A stretch of DNA of 60,240 nt, filler included, from Dugesia japonica (GCA_001938525.1; 5 parts of 5 records of this genome joined end to end with filler, not necessarily neighbours in it), one strand, 5' to 3'. Shown: positions 13,061-26,970, counted from the whole stretch's first letter. Translations and numbers: made by a program. Notes: generated by a model not told the origin, from the letters alone.

Positions 13061-13534
13061 AACTTTTTCTCTTCGATGCCCGTTATTAAAACAAATTCTG
13101 GTCAAACCTGCACTATTGTAACACTGGAGTCAAAACCACGAAAATCGAAATCTGCTCATTTAAGAAAACAAATAAGAGTTATTAAAAATCCTTATGTGAC
13201 TGAAGAAGAGGAGCTAAAGCGATGTTTGTTAAATAATTATTACAGTGGAAATTTAGTAATTTCAAATGAAACTAATATGTCAGAGAAATACCATTCGACA
13301 AATGATCAATTTAGTGGAAATTATAATAAAAAAAAAGATGAATGTAAAATAGACTCAGAAGACGAAAATATTTCTGATGATAAATCCACTGAATATAATT
13401 ACGTAGAGGATAAATTAAATGTTAATAATTTACTCCTGGATTCAGATTTGGATTCATACAGTAGATTTTTATTTCCTGCTTTCTTTTTATTGTACAATTG
13501 TTTTTATTGGTTATATTATCTGGTATTTACGTAA
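13061..13534 (+). CDS. Terminal exon of a Cys-loop ligand-gated anion channel subunit (GABA-A/glycine/GluCl-like): intracellular loop plus TM4
   Basis: In-frame acceptor ataaatttag at 13060; open frame ending LDSYSRFLFPAFFLLYNCFYWLYYLVFT* (DxxSRxxFPxxFxxxNxxYW motif); AATAAA near 13627. Confidence 0.85.
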   Translation, partial: NFFSSMPVIKTNSGQTCTIVTLESKPRKSKSAHLRKQIRVIKNPYVTEEEELKRCLLNNYYSGNLVISNETNMSEKYHSTNDQFSGNYNKKKDECKIDSEDENISDDKSTEYNYVEDKLNVNNLLLDSDLDSYSRFLFPAFFLLYNCFYWLYYLVFT

Positions 13535-14399
13535 TTCTGCTTTCATGAATTGATAATTGTTGATTTATATTTTATAAAATTTCCTTTTTATTTTATTTTT
13601 AATCAATAGATGTGATTTTATTTTTCAATAAAATACCTTTGTTTGTTTGAAATATTTTAAAATTTCACCCATTCTTTCACCGTGCATCTAATTCTTTTTA
13701 TACACGTTAGATACGTTCCACGAAGATTCGCGTAAAAAAAGACGTAGATGTAAATTTAATGTATCAAATGAATCCATAAAATGAAAATATTAATTACCGT
13801 TTATTTAATTCAATAAAATTTATAAGTGCATTTTTTATAACTTCTCACTTTAAATATTAAATTTAAACTGCTTAACCGCACATTACTTTAACCAAAACTT
13901 ATGGGAAATAAATTTGGAAAATTCCCTGTATAAGAGTGTCCTTGATTTTTTGTATCACACGATTTAGTATTTATTTCTAGAAAAGTAAAAAAAAAAAAAN
14001 NNNNNNNNNNNNNNNNNNNNNNNNNNNNNNNNNNNNNNNNNNNNNNNNNNNNNNNNNNNNNNNNNNNNNNNNNNNNNNNNNNNNNNNNNNNNNNNNNNNN
14101 NNNNNNNNNNNNNNNNNNNNNNNNNNNNNNNNNNNNNNNNNCTTTGTTTAACAATAGCATGAATTAATGAAATTTAATTTGAAGTAACCTTTAACATTAT
14201 TTTTGTTTTTATATTGGTAAATGGGTGTCTGACCAATTTTGGGTGTATGGTAGAAAAGAGATTTGAAATTATTGTTACAGAGAATGATTTTGATTTTTAT
14301 AATATATATTATTAATATTAGCAGCATTATTATAGGTACTATGATATTTTATTTGTGATTGTTTTTAGTATTAATATTATTATAAGTTTTTATTATGAT

Positions 14400-14585
14400 C
14401 AAGATTTTATTGTAAAATGATTACTGTTATTATTACTAGGAATTATTATTATTATAATTATTATTATTATTATTAGTATTATTATTTTTATTATAATTAT
14501 TTTCTTTTATTACTATTTTTATTATTATTATTATTTTTTATTAATATTTTTATTATAATTATTATTATTATCATTATTAGTATTA
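14400..14585. repeat. Degenerate (ATT)n microsatellite
   Basis: ATT-rich low-complexity run. Confidence 0.85.
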
Positions 14586-15369
14586 AAATATTGAAATCAG
14601 AAAGAAAGATAAAGAAGATCAGAAACAGAAAATTGAAGAAGTAAATAAATATAATCACAGAAGCTTATTTGCATCGAAAAAATAGTTTTGAAGATTGGAA
14701 AATAAAAAATTGAAATATCGAAATAGATATTTTTGAATTTTAAAAGATTTTGGAGATCGAGAATCATACTTTAGAATCATGAATAAAGTAGAGAAATTGT
14801 GTAATCTCAAATTTAAATGGTGAAGTAGAATGTTTGTGAAAAGATGAATTTCAGAAGATTTTGGAGTGGTAAGAAGTTTTGTATTTCGAAGAGAAGGAGT
14901 TTTATATTTTAGGCAGAAAATCTTTGGACTATATATATTGTTGAGATGAAGATACGGAAGAGTGGAAGAAATTTTGTATTTTGAAGAATTTCATTTTGTT
15001 GTTTTATTAAAATCACATTTAGTCGAGAAATGCAGGAAAGGTATTGGACAGGTAAAGTAAAATTTATTATAACTATTCAATGGAATGAACGGAGATGGGG
15101 GCGATTGAATAATAATTATACCCATCAGTTACAGGAAGTTAACTATCAAATCACCAATTTGAACCATGTTAAAGGTGTCAAAGATCATGGAGTTGATCTT
15201 AGANAATAGAGCCAGTCAGTAGGTTTGAATCTGAAAACTGATCACCTTTTATGAGGAAAACTGGAATGACTGTCTAATGGCGAAGATTAACGAAACAATT
15301 TAAACTTATAGAAAGCTATCTCAAGTTAAAAATGTTTATTGTTTTGACAATAGGTATTTCTTTGGAATT

Positions 15370-15600
15370 TCAATGTGAGCTGCACCGCTGCGCATAAACG
15401 GCGTGGGAGCTCGGAATTCTATCGAATTCATCTTTTGAGGCCGGAAAAAAGTTTTCGTGGTAGAAACAACGATATGCAACGGCAGTAATGAGTGGAAGAT
15501 ATTTCTTTTGGACCGACCATCCAGGCAGTTTGGTTGGTGTATGGATAGCAAGTAGTTCTCTCTTACGAATTTACTGTTCGACGTTTGTCTAGGGTTTTAA
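15370..15600 (+). mobile_element. Gypsy RNase H remnant
   Basis: GVGA, QRYAT, GRYFFWTDH and YEFTV motifs across frameshifts. Confidence 0.55.
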
Positions 15601-15839
15601 GATTTGAGAAATGTCTTTTTAAGTCTGAGATTGGATCATCCCGAAACCAGATGCAAGTAATCTTAACTGACCGCAAAACATTTCAGTGCTGACAAGAAGA
15701 TACATTGGTAGGATACATATATAGCCTATTTGAATAGCAAAAACTCGAATTATTTTTGGAATGATTTTAGAATTATTTTTTTATTGTGTAATTATTTTAC
15801 GGAATTTTGGAGTTTCCAGGCAAGGTGGTATCGATTATG

Positions 15840-16450
15840 TTATTAAGCTTTGTTAATGTTAGCATGAGTAATTCACAATCATTGAATTATCGAAAGTATT
15901 GGTGGAAATATAGCTATGAAAGATAAAATAAATGAAGGAGTTATAATCGAAGCATTTATAAACGGATTGAAAATGCAGACGTGAAGAGACATATGCATTT
16001 AACCGCAAACAGTGGAGTTTCAGCGAGAGTTTGGCATAATGTCGACGCACTACAACCAAAAGTGGGTAAAGTTTTTCAAATAGAAGAAAAAGATGAAGAG
16101 ACTACAAGTACTCTGAAGGTATCCAATTTTATACCAAGATTTCAGCCATTACTGAAGTCATTATCAGCTGGAAATACGATTGTACAAAGGAATAATTTTA
16201 AATCGAATAATAATAATAACAAACTAGTGAACTGGCAACCATCATCAAATATGACTTGTTATAATTGTGAAAAACTTAGACATCGAGAGAGAGAGTGCAA
16301 ATCTAGATCACCAGTAAAAACAAGAAATATTTGTACAATAGGTCAAAATCCCAGGCCGCAGTGCAGAAAGTTGCTTCCAGAACAGGCCACCAGTCTGTTA
16401 TATATGTAATAAGACGGGACATTGCTTCAGAAATGGCGGTAATAATTCGA
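15840..16450 (+). mobile_element. Retrotransposon gag remnant with CCHC zinc knuckles
   Basis: CYNCEKLRHREREC (ORF 15981-16409) and CYICNKTGH near 16395. Confidence 0.7.
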
Positions 16451-16949
16451 ACTATACTCATTTTAATTCAAAACNGAATTTAAACCCGACATGTGAAAGA
16501 TTTATTAAAGACGAGACCGACTACAAGAGCATTAGCAGAAAAACCCAAATTTATGGCAAGGTGGCGTTCTAAAAAATAATGGGAAACTTAATCAAAAGTT
16601 GCAGCAAAAACAGAAATGCAACTATCGGAAAGCTCATATTGTACAGAGAGTGAAAAAGAAGGGACATAAACTCAAGAAGATGACGAAGTTTTGATAACTC
16701 AAGTAGAGCGTTAAACAGAAAAAGGAACAAAAACTCAAAGAAATGAAGAATCTTAAAATTGGAATCTAAAAACAGAACAATATTACCAACGAAAGGAGTA
16801 TTGTCCGATTAAACAATAGAAAGGCGTAATGATAAAAGTAATAGACAACAATGTTATCTGTGTGGAAAGTACGCACATTTGGAAATAATGTTGGTTTAAA
16901 GAAAGATAAAAAAATTTAAATTTTTCTATTATTTAAATAACATTCCAGA

Positions 16950-19400
16950 TCCCTAAAAAACATTACCATAAAAAACATTTTTCTACTAGAAACACGGGGA
17001 ATATTTATAAACAGTAACGTAATATTACCAAATATGATGAAATTTTTAAATTCCCAACTAAATGCATTAGGATTAAGTTTCGTTACATCACTTATCCCTG
17101 GGAGTACTGAATGTGTGCTGTTTAAGACAGCTACTATCCCTCTACTAGTAGGGTAATTCTCTACCTGCTTGATTATTATTACACATGGAAAAAATTGCAA
17201 AAAAATCAGGATTCATTATTTAGTTTTCGTCAAATTTTTTGACAATCAAGAATTTTGCTTTGTTATTAATTGTAACAGTTATTTCATTTGATATATTTTT
17301 TGATGATATGTATTGAAATTTAGATTTGCTATATAATGGAAATGTTTGATAAACAAAAATAAAATCTAACAATGCTACTTCCTACTGACCATACATATAA
17401 ATTGGATTTTAAAGCTCAACAATGAATTTATTAGTATTATTATCTGGATGAATAAAAGGACAGCTATTACTCGGCAAAAGTGTAAAATAATTACTTGATT
17501 TCATCTTAATTTTTTTCTTGATTGACTATTTGTCATACTAATATCCAACTTGGCTTTTCATATCCATGCCAGTTTACATGGTATTGTTTATTTTTACTGA
17601 TTTCAACAAAGGTAAACTAACATTTCCTACAACTATAGGGTCAACAAGACTACTTTAGATGAACATTTATTGAAGTAACTTTGCTGATGTTCCTATTGAA
17701 ACACTCCATCACTCCAATTACTGTTGAATTTCTTGATAAATAGTGAAGCTGATTTCTTTGAGATTCTCACATGATCACACTTCATATTTTGGTCTTTTAC
17801 TTGCTTTTGAATGTTTTCGCGATAATCATAACTTCAATTGATTGTTTGAACTTACATCAACCGGTGTTGCTCCATTTATTCCCTTATGGCCGGAATGATT
17901 GTAACTGTGAACAAGTTTCGTTAAAACATTTATCCAAGCCTTATTACCAACATGAACAAAGTATTTTTTCAAAGAATCACCCAATTTATGAATAAATCTC
18001 TATACATATGAAGCTTTATACTGTGAGAATACACTATGATGGGTTATTTTTAAATGATTAATAAGTTGTTTCACTTTGTAATTATAAAATTCTTTACCTA
18101 AATCCGTATTTAAATTATCTGGATATACATTTTAAAACATTTTTAAACATTGACTTGATTGCTGGTTTCATATCATTAGCAGATTTTGATTTAACTGCAA
18201 CACCTCTTGCAAATATATTGAGTACATTGATACATGTCAAAATATACTTGTAACCTTTATTAATATTTGAATATGGAATCATCTTTATTAGATGCATTTG
18301 CTATAAATCGTCAATACCATATGTTTTATACGCTCTTATTGGAAATCCAACATCGGCTTGTTNGGACTGAATGTTAATTNACTCGATAACCATTTTTGTC
18401 TTTCTTTTTGACTGCTGGGGTTTCTGGATCCGTTCATATTGTCTTTAATTTTCCCATTACAACAATTTGATGCAAATTTCAGGCCAAATGATTGCAATAC
18501 GCCCATTGTTTATTAAAATATTACTCTAAAGTGGTCATTGAGTTAAGCTTAATGTACCTAATGCATGTGGTAGTCATACTGCTATAAAGCCGCCTCCTTG
18601 ATTATTCATTGCTACTTGTCTCATCAATTTCATATTTTTTGTATTTTTTAATGTTTTTTCAATGCTTTTATTTTAGCTTCGCTCAAATTTACATTACTGC
18701 AAACAATATTTACAATAATCACAAGTAAATCATGTATAACATACGGTAGGAAAGATTTTAATGATTTTGATGATTTAATCAAGGCAGTTAATTCAGAATA
18801 ATTCTTTCTAATTTCATTTTTATTTCAATAAAACATACATAGCAACGAATGGTTTATAATGATATCCATTTTCCATTCATCATTTTCAGTTTCTTTCCGC
18901 TAGTTTTGAAAGTTTTTTAAACATATTTAATTGCTTTTTCTTATTTACCAATTTTTTCTTATGTGATAGCTTCTTATGGGAATTTTTCATATATGCTTGT
19001 TTCTTCTTTTTTTCACAGCAGGCTTTTTTGTTGTTTAACAACATTAGCATCAGTAACTGAATCAACTACATTTTTTTAAAATTTTGTCATTTTATATAAT
19101 ATTAAGAAAATTACCTTTTTTATACACAGTTATACCATCAAGACTTAAAATATCAGTTGTCACTCTATAGTCATCTGGACTTGTTGTGTAAAGTCAAGAA
19201 ATAAATATCTATGGGAAATTTCTGTTGCATCTTGAAATGATTTAATCAAAAATCTTTTGTTATTTGGATATGCTTGCCTTGCTAGAAAATCCACAACAGT
19301 CTGATCTCTAGTATTTTTTAAAGAAGATTGCATTAATATGAATTCAGAGCAATATTACCGACATTTTTTTATTGTATTGACACTGATGATTTTATGTATG
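16950..19400 (-). mobile_element. Polinton/Maverick remnant: packaging ATPase, small QxGG protein, integrase, minor capsid (penton), cysteine protease
   Basis: ATPase C-terminus FKNTRDQTVVDFLARQAYP...FQDATE (about 19150-19330); NQGGGFI (about 18590); integrase GIDDL...KMIPYSNINKGYKYILTCINV (about 17520-18400); penton N-terminus YFTLLPSNS...PDNNTNKFIVEL*NPIYMYGQ*EVAL (about 17360-17500); protease-like AVLNSTHSVLPG (about 17090-17200). Confidence 0.85.
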
Positions 19401-19629
19401 AATTCATTTTAGAATTGAAAATCGAGTTTGCNTGTAATAGAAACAAGATTCACAATGAGATTTTAAAAAACTTCATACTTACAGCAGCTGAACAATAGGA
19501 AAATTAGTTCGTAATGTTTTATTAATAAATTTTATTTTGGAAAATTGATTTTTATTTTATAAATATTTTTCATGATTTTAAAAAGTTTTTTATAAGAATT
19601 AGATAAAAAAAAATAAAAATATTTATTAT

Positions 19630-20300
19630 TGCAATAAGAGGGCAACACAGCTGTAAGACAGCTTCAACCCACAAGCATCCAAAAATCACGTGCCTGAAAA
19701 TTTTATACGACTCAAATCACTAAAATATGCATATAACTCACTTTTGCAACATGAAAGATTCACGACTAAAACACACAAACACATCCTAAGGACTTAAACT
19801 TTCCGAAAAAAAGTCACGAACCAAAAGCATATATAATGCACGAAGAATAATCTAAAAAAACTGTCTCCACACTTTGAAAACCATGATTTTCAAATATTCA
19901 TACGCACACATCAGAAAAATATAACCAATACCTTTTTCAATTCCCCTTTTTTTCCTCTACCCTTTAATAACAATAACCACCCCATAAACATTATTTTTCA
20001 TTCTTCTATACTACTTAATAACTTATAACCCTTAAACCACAAAAAATAAATCAATCACCCAAAAAATCAATACCACATAAAGCCAATCACCTTCCCCCAC
20101 TCACACTCTTTCCAAAAAACAAACTCCGATCCAAATCCCACAAAAATTCACCATTCAATACTCCTTTATCCAAAAAGTACGATAACCAATTATGCTCACA
20201 AATCTGGAACTTACTGGTCCATTTTTACTCATAGTTACCTTTGATAACATATATAACACATATTCAGAACAACTCCATCATCAAACACTCAACAACACAC
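19630..20300 (+). mobile_element. Highly decayed Gypsy integrase C-terminal remnant
   Basis: EGN...FN, YAYNS and GPF-like motifs in the expected order. Confidence 0.4.
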
Positions 20301-20609
20301 ATTTACACACATCTTTTGACTTTGTTTCGTTTTTTCAAAACATGCCACACACACAATACCACCAACTTCAATACTCTCAATACCCCAAATACCTACTGAA
20401 GAAAAAAATCATAAAAAAATTAAAAATTCCCACAAAAATACCCCATGAGTTTAAACCACATTTAAAAAAATTTCGAATTTGATACTATCAAAACATTTGA
20501 TCAGATCAAAAATCTGATCCGATTAAAATTCATAAATCAATAAATCCACGATAATCTATGGCACAACTTTCCAGATCAGTTACCTATTCTTGCTAGGAGG
20601 GTGATCTGA

Positions 20610-22100
20610 TTAGTAAAGAAGTGGTTATTGGCAAATAGAAATTGAAGAAGCTGATAAAGAAAAGACTGCATTTTCAGCAGAAAAAGATTTGTATCAATTT
20701 ATAAGAATGCCATTTGGATTAAGAAATTTACCAGCATCTTCCAGAGATGTATGGATTTTTTAACTCATGGGTTACCGCAATTTATTGCGTATATTGATGA
20801 TTTATTAATATTTTCGACAACGTTTGATGCACATTTAACGGATCCTAGGAAAGTGTTTGTGATAGTGAGAAAATGGAAATGGAAGGTGAAACTTACAAAA
20901 TGTAAATGAGCCGAAAATCAGGTATCATACTTGAGCCATAAAATATCAGAAAACGGAAAACTATCAGATCCAAGAAATATTGAAAAAATAAAGAATCTTC
21001 CAGTACCGAAAATCGTAAATGATGTAAAAATATTTATGGGAATGGTAAATTACTATAGAAAGTTAATAAAAGGATTTGCCACAATTGTAAATTCGATACA
21101 ATCCTTAGTAAAACTAAATTTTACATTCTAGTGAGGTTTATAACAGTAACAGCGTTTGAAATTATTCGGGATAAATTAACGACAGCAGCTATATTAGTAC
21201 AACCATATTTTAAGAAGTCATTTATAATAGCAGAAGATGCAAGTGGGTATGCAATGTAGACAGTATTGTGTTAATTAGATGAAGAAGACCGAGAAAGAGT
21301 TATTGGATATTTCAGCAAAACTTTTCAAGGAGCAGACAAGAACTACAGTACTACAGTACTACAGAACGAGAAATTTTGGCTATAATAAAAGCAGTGAAAC
21401 ATTTTAATCAATTGATATTAGAACATCAATTGACTATATATACAGATCACCAGTCATCACCAATGATTCGACAGAAAACCATTACAAATAAATCGAATTG
21501 TAAGATGGGTCTTAAATTACAGGAATATGCATCGTTGGTAAAATTTAAAACGGGAAAAGCTAATGCTAATGCAGATTTTTTGTCGAGAGTTAAATTTGAT
21601 GAAGATAAGGAAAAGCCTACTGAAAAAGAGATCGGAAATAAAATGGTTATCGATAAAAAATAGCTAATGAATCAGGAAGTGCGGACATTATATTTAATTT
21701 TGGATGAAGATAAAGATTTAAATGGACTAAAGAAAATGACAAAGAAGTAAAAATGACCACAGAATATCTATAACATTTAGATTTAAGTAAAACTGACTGT
21801 AAAAAAAGCCATTAAAATACCCGTCAAGAAACGTGGAGAAAGACACGAATATGTAAAAGGATGGTTGATGATGAAAGAAGGAAGGCAAAGTTTATTAGTG
21901 ATCCCTAAGTGTTGACGGACTAAAATATTAGAACAATATCACAATAGATTATTTGGCGGAGATATGTCAGCAAAGAAGACGGAATCGAAATTGCGAGCGA
22001 AATATTATTGACCACATTTTACTACCTGTGTTAGAGATTGTGTAAATCGGAGTAAAGTTTGTTCGACAAGAAGGGGCACTGACAAGAAGTCAAAGAATCA
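20610..22100 (+). mobile_element. Degenerate Gypsy pol (RT, RNase H, integrase zinc finger)
   Basis: KEKTAF, RMPFGL, AYIDDLLIFS, FMGMVNYYRK, EDASGYA, YTDHQ, GKANANADFLSR. Confidence 0.9.
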
Positions 22101-22329
22101 TTACATAAGATATATTACTATGAATATAAAGATGTCGATAAATTAAATAAAGATAAATTATTTAACTGTAGTAATCATAATTGTAAGTAATAAAAATACA
22201 AATTTACTAAATGAATAAAAATATAAATTGACAGATAGCAGTTTTATATTAATTTTTAATGATGCTCAAATGAATATCGCACACATCCAACAGTATTTTT
22301 TGTATCATTATAATGTATATCTACAATTT

Positions 22330-22595
22330 AGATTCTAAATGTTTATACGATTTCAAATATGTTAAAATAGTACCATGATAAATTTACGAACTAAACCAGA
22401 CAACTATTAAGTTATATAAACGTGTTAATACAGAAAAAGGTATTAAAAGAATCAAATATCGTAAATCATTTTAAAAATTATGAGAAGTCATTCACATAAA
22501 TGATTCCGTGGTCAAATGCCGATAATTAAAATATAAATGAAGTAATTAAATACTATAGAAAAAAGAGTAATAGGGTATAACCCAGATTTCAGACA
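22330..22595 (+). mobile_element. Possible Penelope GIY-YIG endonuclease remnant
   Basis: LYDFKY...QTTIKLYKRV...ESNIVNHF pattern; heavily decayed. Confidence 0.35.
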
Positions 22596-22695
22596 NNNNN
22601 NNNNNNNNNNNNNNNNNNNNNNNNNNNNNNNNNNNNNNNTTAATTAATTAANNNNNNNNNNNNNNNNNNNNNNNNNNNNNNNNNNNNNNNNNNNN
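22596..22695. other. Artificial scaffold linker
   Basis: 44 N + TTAATTAATTAA + 44 N. Confidence 0.97.
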
Positions 22696-22850
22696 ACTTT
22701 GATTCATTTCTTTAATTTTGTCTCCCTATTTAACTTTTTTCCTTTTCTTTTAATGTGGTCTGTCACCAGTGAGGCACAAGAGTTTGTGTAAGATTGACAC
22801 TTCCGTTTGACACCATTCCTACTTTTTTTACATGTTTCCTAAATTTGACC
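22696..22850. repeat. 155-bp direct duplicate of 24654-24808
   Basis: Near-identical sequence actttgattcatttc...atttgacc at both positions. Confidence 0.95.
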
Positions 22851-23329
22851 GAGTAAAAATGTCTAAGTAACAAAAATACATTTTACATTAATTTTTTTAA
22901 AATATAAATAATAAATTTTTGGATCAAATTGTAAAAGGGTTATGAAAATGTAGCAATAAAAACCATTACAAAAACTAAACGCATCCTTGAGTACAAAAAG
23001 AGAAAGCACCTTGGAAAAATTGTAATCTAAAATGATTTTTAAGAAAAAAAAACATTAATTTTAAAAAAAAACATTTTTAAAAAAATAATTTTATTGAATA
23101 TCAAAATGCATTTCTCAAGTAATCTATCTGTATTTTGTAGTGATTAATGTAAAGAGAATAAAATCTTTAATTGAATAGAATAAATAACGAGACAAAGATG
23201 AACGAAGAAAGAAAATGGCGTGTTAGCAAAAGCAAAGATGATGAGCAAAACAAAGCCATAAAATAAACTCTCGAGTGATTATGTCATCATTATAGAAAAT
23301 CCAAGCGTCAACAGCGTAATAATGACAAG

Positions 23330-23823
23330 TTGAAGAGAGATTATTACAATTATTACTAGCAGCGTTTCAATCAAGCTAAACAGGAGATATACTTTACGCA
23401 AATGAAGCATTACACATATGGTTCCAAGCAAAGAAAGTCTACCATTCAAAACGAAACGACATCAATTTCTAGTGATGCTAGCATATGAGATAAAAATTAA
23501 TAGAGTGCAAGGATAATCGATTGATCAAGTTGGAGTTTATTTGCCAAAAAGTTGTATGTTACCTTCACTAGATGTCGCAACCATGAAAATTTAAAAGTGC
23601 TCATTACCAATTCTCTCTATCAAGAAACAATTTTAAATGATAATCACTCATACATCAAAAATGTTGTTATTTATGAAATATTGAATTTTAAAAAAATCTT
23701 TTTAGTTTATTTTTATATATTTTAAATCCTTAAAATTTAGTGTATTATTTTCAGATCATTATGAAATTTTTAGATTACTAAAATTTCATTTACAAACCGT
23801 CATTTTTAACTGGTGATACCTAG
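23330..23823 (+). mobile_element. Helitron 3' end (Pif1 helicase C-terminus, hairpin remnant, CTAG terminus)
   Basis: LPFKTKRHQFLVMLAYEIKINRVQG*SIDQVGVYLP...LYVTFTR...KNVV; imperfect hairpin, then CTAG at 23820-23823 followed by T. Confidence 0.8.
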
Positions 23824-23974
23824 TTTGTTTAATAATGTATGTATGGTTTTTATTTAATATATAAAAAAATCGGAGAACATTTATTTATTTATCTTCTCAA
23901 CGCCATATATACCAACAATTACAACAAGTTATAACAGCAATTAATCAAACATTATTAATTTATTACATCTTAAA

Positions 23975-24042
23975 TGGAGGTCTCCCTAGAACTTGAGGCC
24001 CTAGGCTTAAGTCTATTTAGTCGATAGGTAAATCCGGCTCTG
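23975..24042. mobile_element. hAT (Tip100-like) nonautonomous element end
   Basis: GC-rich terminus ...taaatccggctctg (reverse CAGAGCCGGATTTA). Confidence 0.55.
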
Positions 24043-24224
24043 ATTGTCAGCAAAGATATATAGCAGAAATGTTTCAAATTTCACTGAGTTCAGTAAATAC
24101 TATTCTTGAAAAAGCTAATACTATAATGAAGATTAAAGAACAAAATTACAAATCACAGCAGATATTGAAAACAANNNNNNNNNNNNNNNNNNNNNNNNNN
24201 NNNNNNNNNNNNNNNNNNNNNNNN

Positions 24225-24287
<63 letters not shown>
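24225..24287. repeat. (AAT)n microsatellite
   Basis: Pure AAT run beside a gap. Confidence 0.95.
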
Positions 24288-25699
24288 TGTGAGGCATAAG
24301 TACCTCAGAATTTGCTAAATATTCATCAAACATAATTACAAAAAATTATTTATAAAAGTTTATTAAATTACAATAATTTTCACAAAGGTACAACATATTT
24401 GTTATAAATAAATTTTACAATTTAAGAATGTACAATAAAATATTACACTTAAAATAAATATCGGAATTGAAAATATTTTACTACTTACAATTACAAAAAT
24501 TTACAAAATACAGAAAATATAAATTCCACGAATTATTTACGGTTTCTAAATTTTTTCAGTTATTCTCTAATATCCACTATTATTCAATTTCAAATTATTG
24601 CTACAAAAAACTATATTCCCGCTCAAATTTTTTGTTCTCTGACAATGTGCACAACTTTGATTCATTTCTTTAATTTTGTCTCCCTATTTAACTTTTTTCC
24701 TTTTCTTTTAATGTGGNCTGTCACCAGCGAGGCACAAGAGTTTGTGTAAGATTGACACTTCCGTTTGACACCATTCCTACTTTTTTTACATTTTTCCTCA
24801 ATTTGACCTCAATTGTTGGTTGTATATCTTTAAAAAAAGATACAATTTGAGCTCAAAATCGTTTTCCGGTGAAAGTGATTTTGTTTATATAACTGAAATA
24901 GATAAATTTAAAGAAATAGAAATATAATAAAATTACTTCATATGAAAGAAAATGTATGAGACTGGACTATGTTTTAATTCAGTAAAAGAAACGCCAAAAA
25001 TCGCCAAATTCATGCTTGAACAAATACTAACGTTTATTTTACTTAATAATGATGTTTTTTCAAATTTTTTTCAAGGTGCGTTTAATTTTATAATGATTCT
25101 TATTGTTACACTTTCGTAATTTTTTTATTAACAAATTGTAATAATAATAAATTATTTTATTATTATAAAATAAAAATATTAATTATTCAGTTTTTAGCAA
25201 CAAATAATTTTTTATTTCAAATAATTATTTAACAAGCAAATATCAAAGTTGCTGTTCTTTTATTTTCAATATTTCTGCATAGCCTTCTTCAGGCACTGTT
25301 CTTATTACAAACTTTGGCAGATTCTAAATAAATCTCAATAAAATCAATTTTCATTCNATTTCAATTGTAATATAGAATTAGATGAACATTTTCTCGGTTA
25401 ATTTCTGCAAAGCATTCTGATAAATCTATTTGAAAAATTGTTTTCTTATTGTTTAATTTGATCGTTATTTTTTTTAAACGAACAATAATTTTTTTTCTGT
25501 CAAGCTGTTCATTAATAAGGAGGTTGACAAAATGTATAAATTTTTATTTAAAAAATAGTTTTATTACTTAAAAAACAGGTATTGTTAATCTAAAATTATT
25601 ATGAATATTATTCAAAAATTCTTAAATTCAAGCATTTTTAGCTTTACTGCTTTTTGCGGGGTTGCATCTCCTCTAATATCATTAATATTAATTCAACGA

Positions 25700-25772
25700 G
25701 AAATATGTTGCAACCCTAGCAAAGTGCCACCCCGGGGGAGCACCCCTTTTGCACCACGACGCTACGCCACTG
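25700..25772. mobile_element. hAT-like MITE end
   Basis: ...gctacgccactg (reverse CAGTGGCGTAGC) preceded by GC-rich subterminal motifs. Confidence 0.55.
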
Positions 25773-26718
25773 GTTTAAAGTTAATATCTTCATTTAAACA
25801 ATTTATTAAAATTAAAAATTTTATTGTGTTTAATAAATCAAATATTGATTAGATAAAAACAATATTAGCTTGAAAAAAATAATAATTCTGCTATCATGAT
25901 ATCTTTAAAAGAAAAGCACCATTAGAGAAACACTTTAAACCACCTGTAAGTTTCATGTTCCAGTCTTTGTTAAAATGACACAACAACTAAAATCTGAATT
26001 GAATTACTAATAAGATTTAATGGAAAGAAAAGATTTTTAAAAGTTCAAATATTGTTCTTTTCTCTGCTATATTAAAAGAAATTTAAGTTTTATATATTTG
26101 CGTTTAAATAAGTTCTCATAAATGTGCTAATTGCTTAGTAAATGGCGTGTTTATACAAATTTTTCAAAATGAATTTACAAAAAAAAATATTTAACTGAAA
26201 TAAATGAGGTTTGAAGTGGTTAAATTATATTATTTTATAAGTATCACAAATGGTTATTATTTTTAATTCTTTAATTTTTAAAATTAAAATTTACGCTAAC
26301 TAAATCGAATTAAGATTTAGAAAATTTGGACAATCATAATTGTAATCAAAATGTTAATTTTGAACATCAAAATTTTGAAATTTTATTATTAGGTACACAA
26401 AATTCTTCCCATTAAATTGAAAGTCTTATTTTTTATCTAACCTTTTCTTTGTTTCAACCATATATACGCGCTCCGTGTCTATTAATCCGCACATTGTTTT
26501 TAAATAGTTCCCGGCTCAACAAAATCTTTTTACGTTTGTTAGATAAGAAGAAAGTGATGTTGAACTTCTAATGTAATAAAATTGGAATTTTGTGTACAGT
26601 GAACAGGAAATCTCAAAATGTATTGAGCAGTTAAACGATTAAAAACCTGTGATTTGGCCTGATTTCATCGACTGGAATTAACTGAAAACTTGACGATTCT
26701 GATTATTTACCTACAATT

Positions 26719-26720
<2 letters not shown>

Positions 26721-26785
<65 letters not shown>

Positions 26786-26902
26786 NNNNNNNNNNNNNNN
26801 NNNNNNNNNNNNNNNNNNNNNNNNNNNNNNNNNNNNNNNNNNNNNNNNNNNNNNNNNNNNNNNNNNNNNNNNNNNNNNNNNNNNNNNNNNNNNNNNNNNN
26901 NN

Positions 26903-26970
<68 letters not shown>
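26721..26970. repeat. (ATT)n microsatellite spanning a gap
   Basis: Pure ATT runs on both sides of the N block. Confidence 0.95.
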
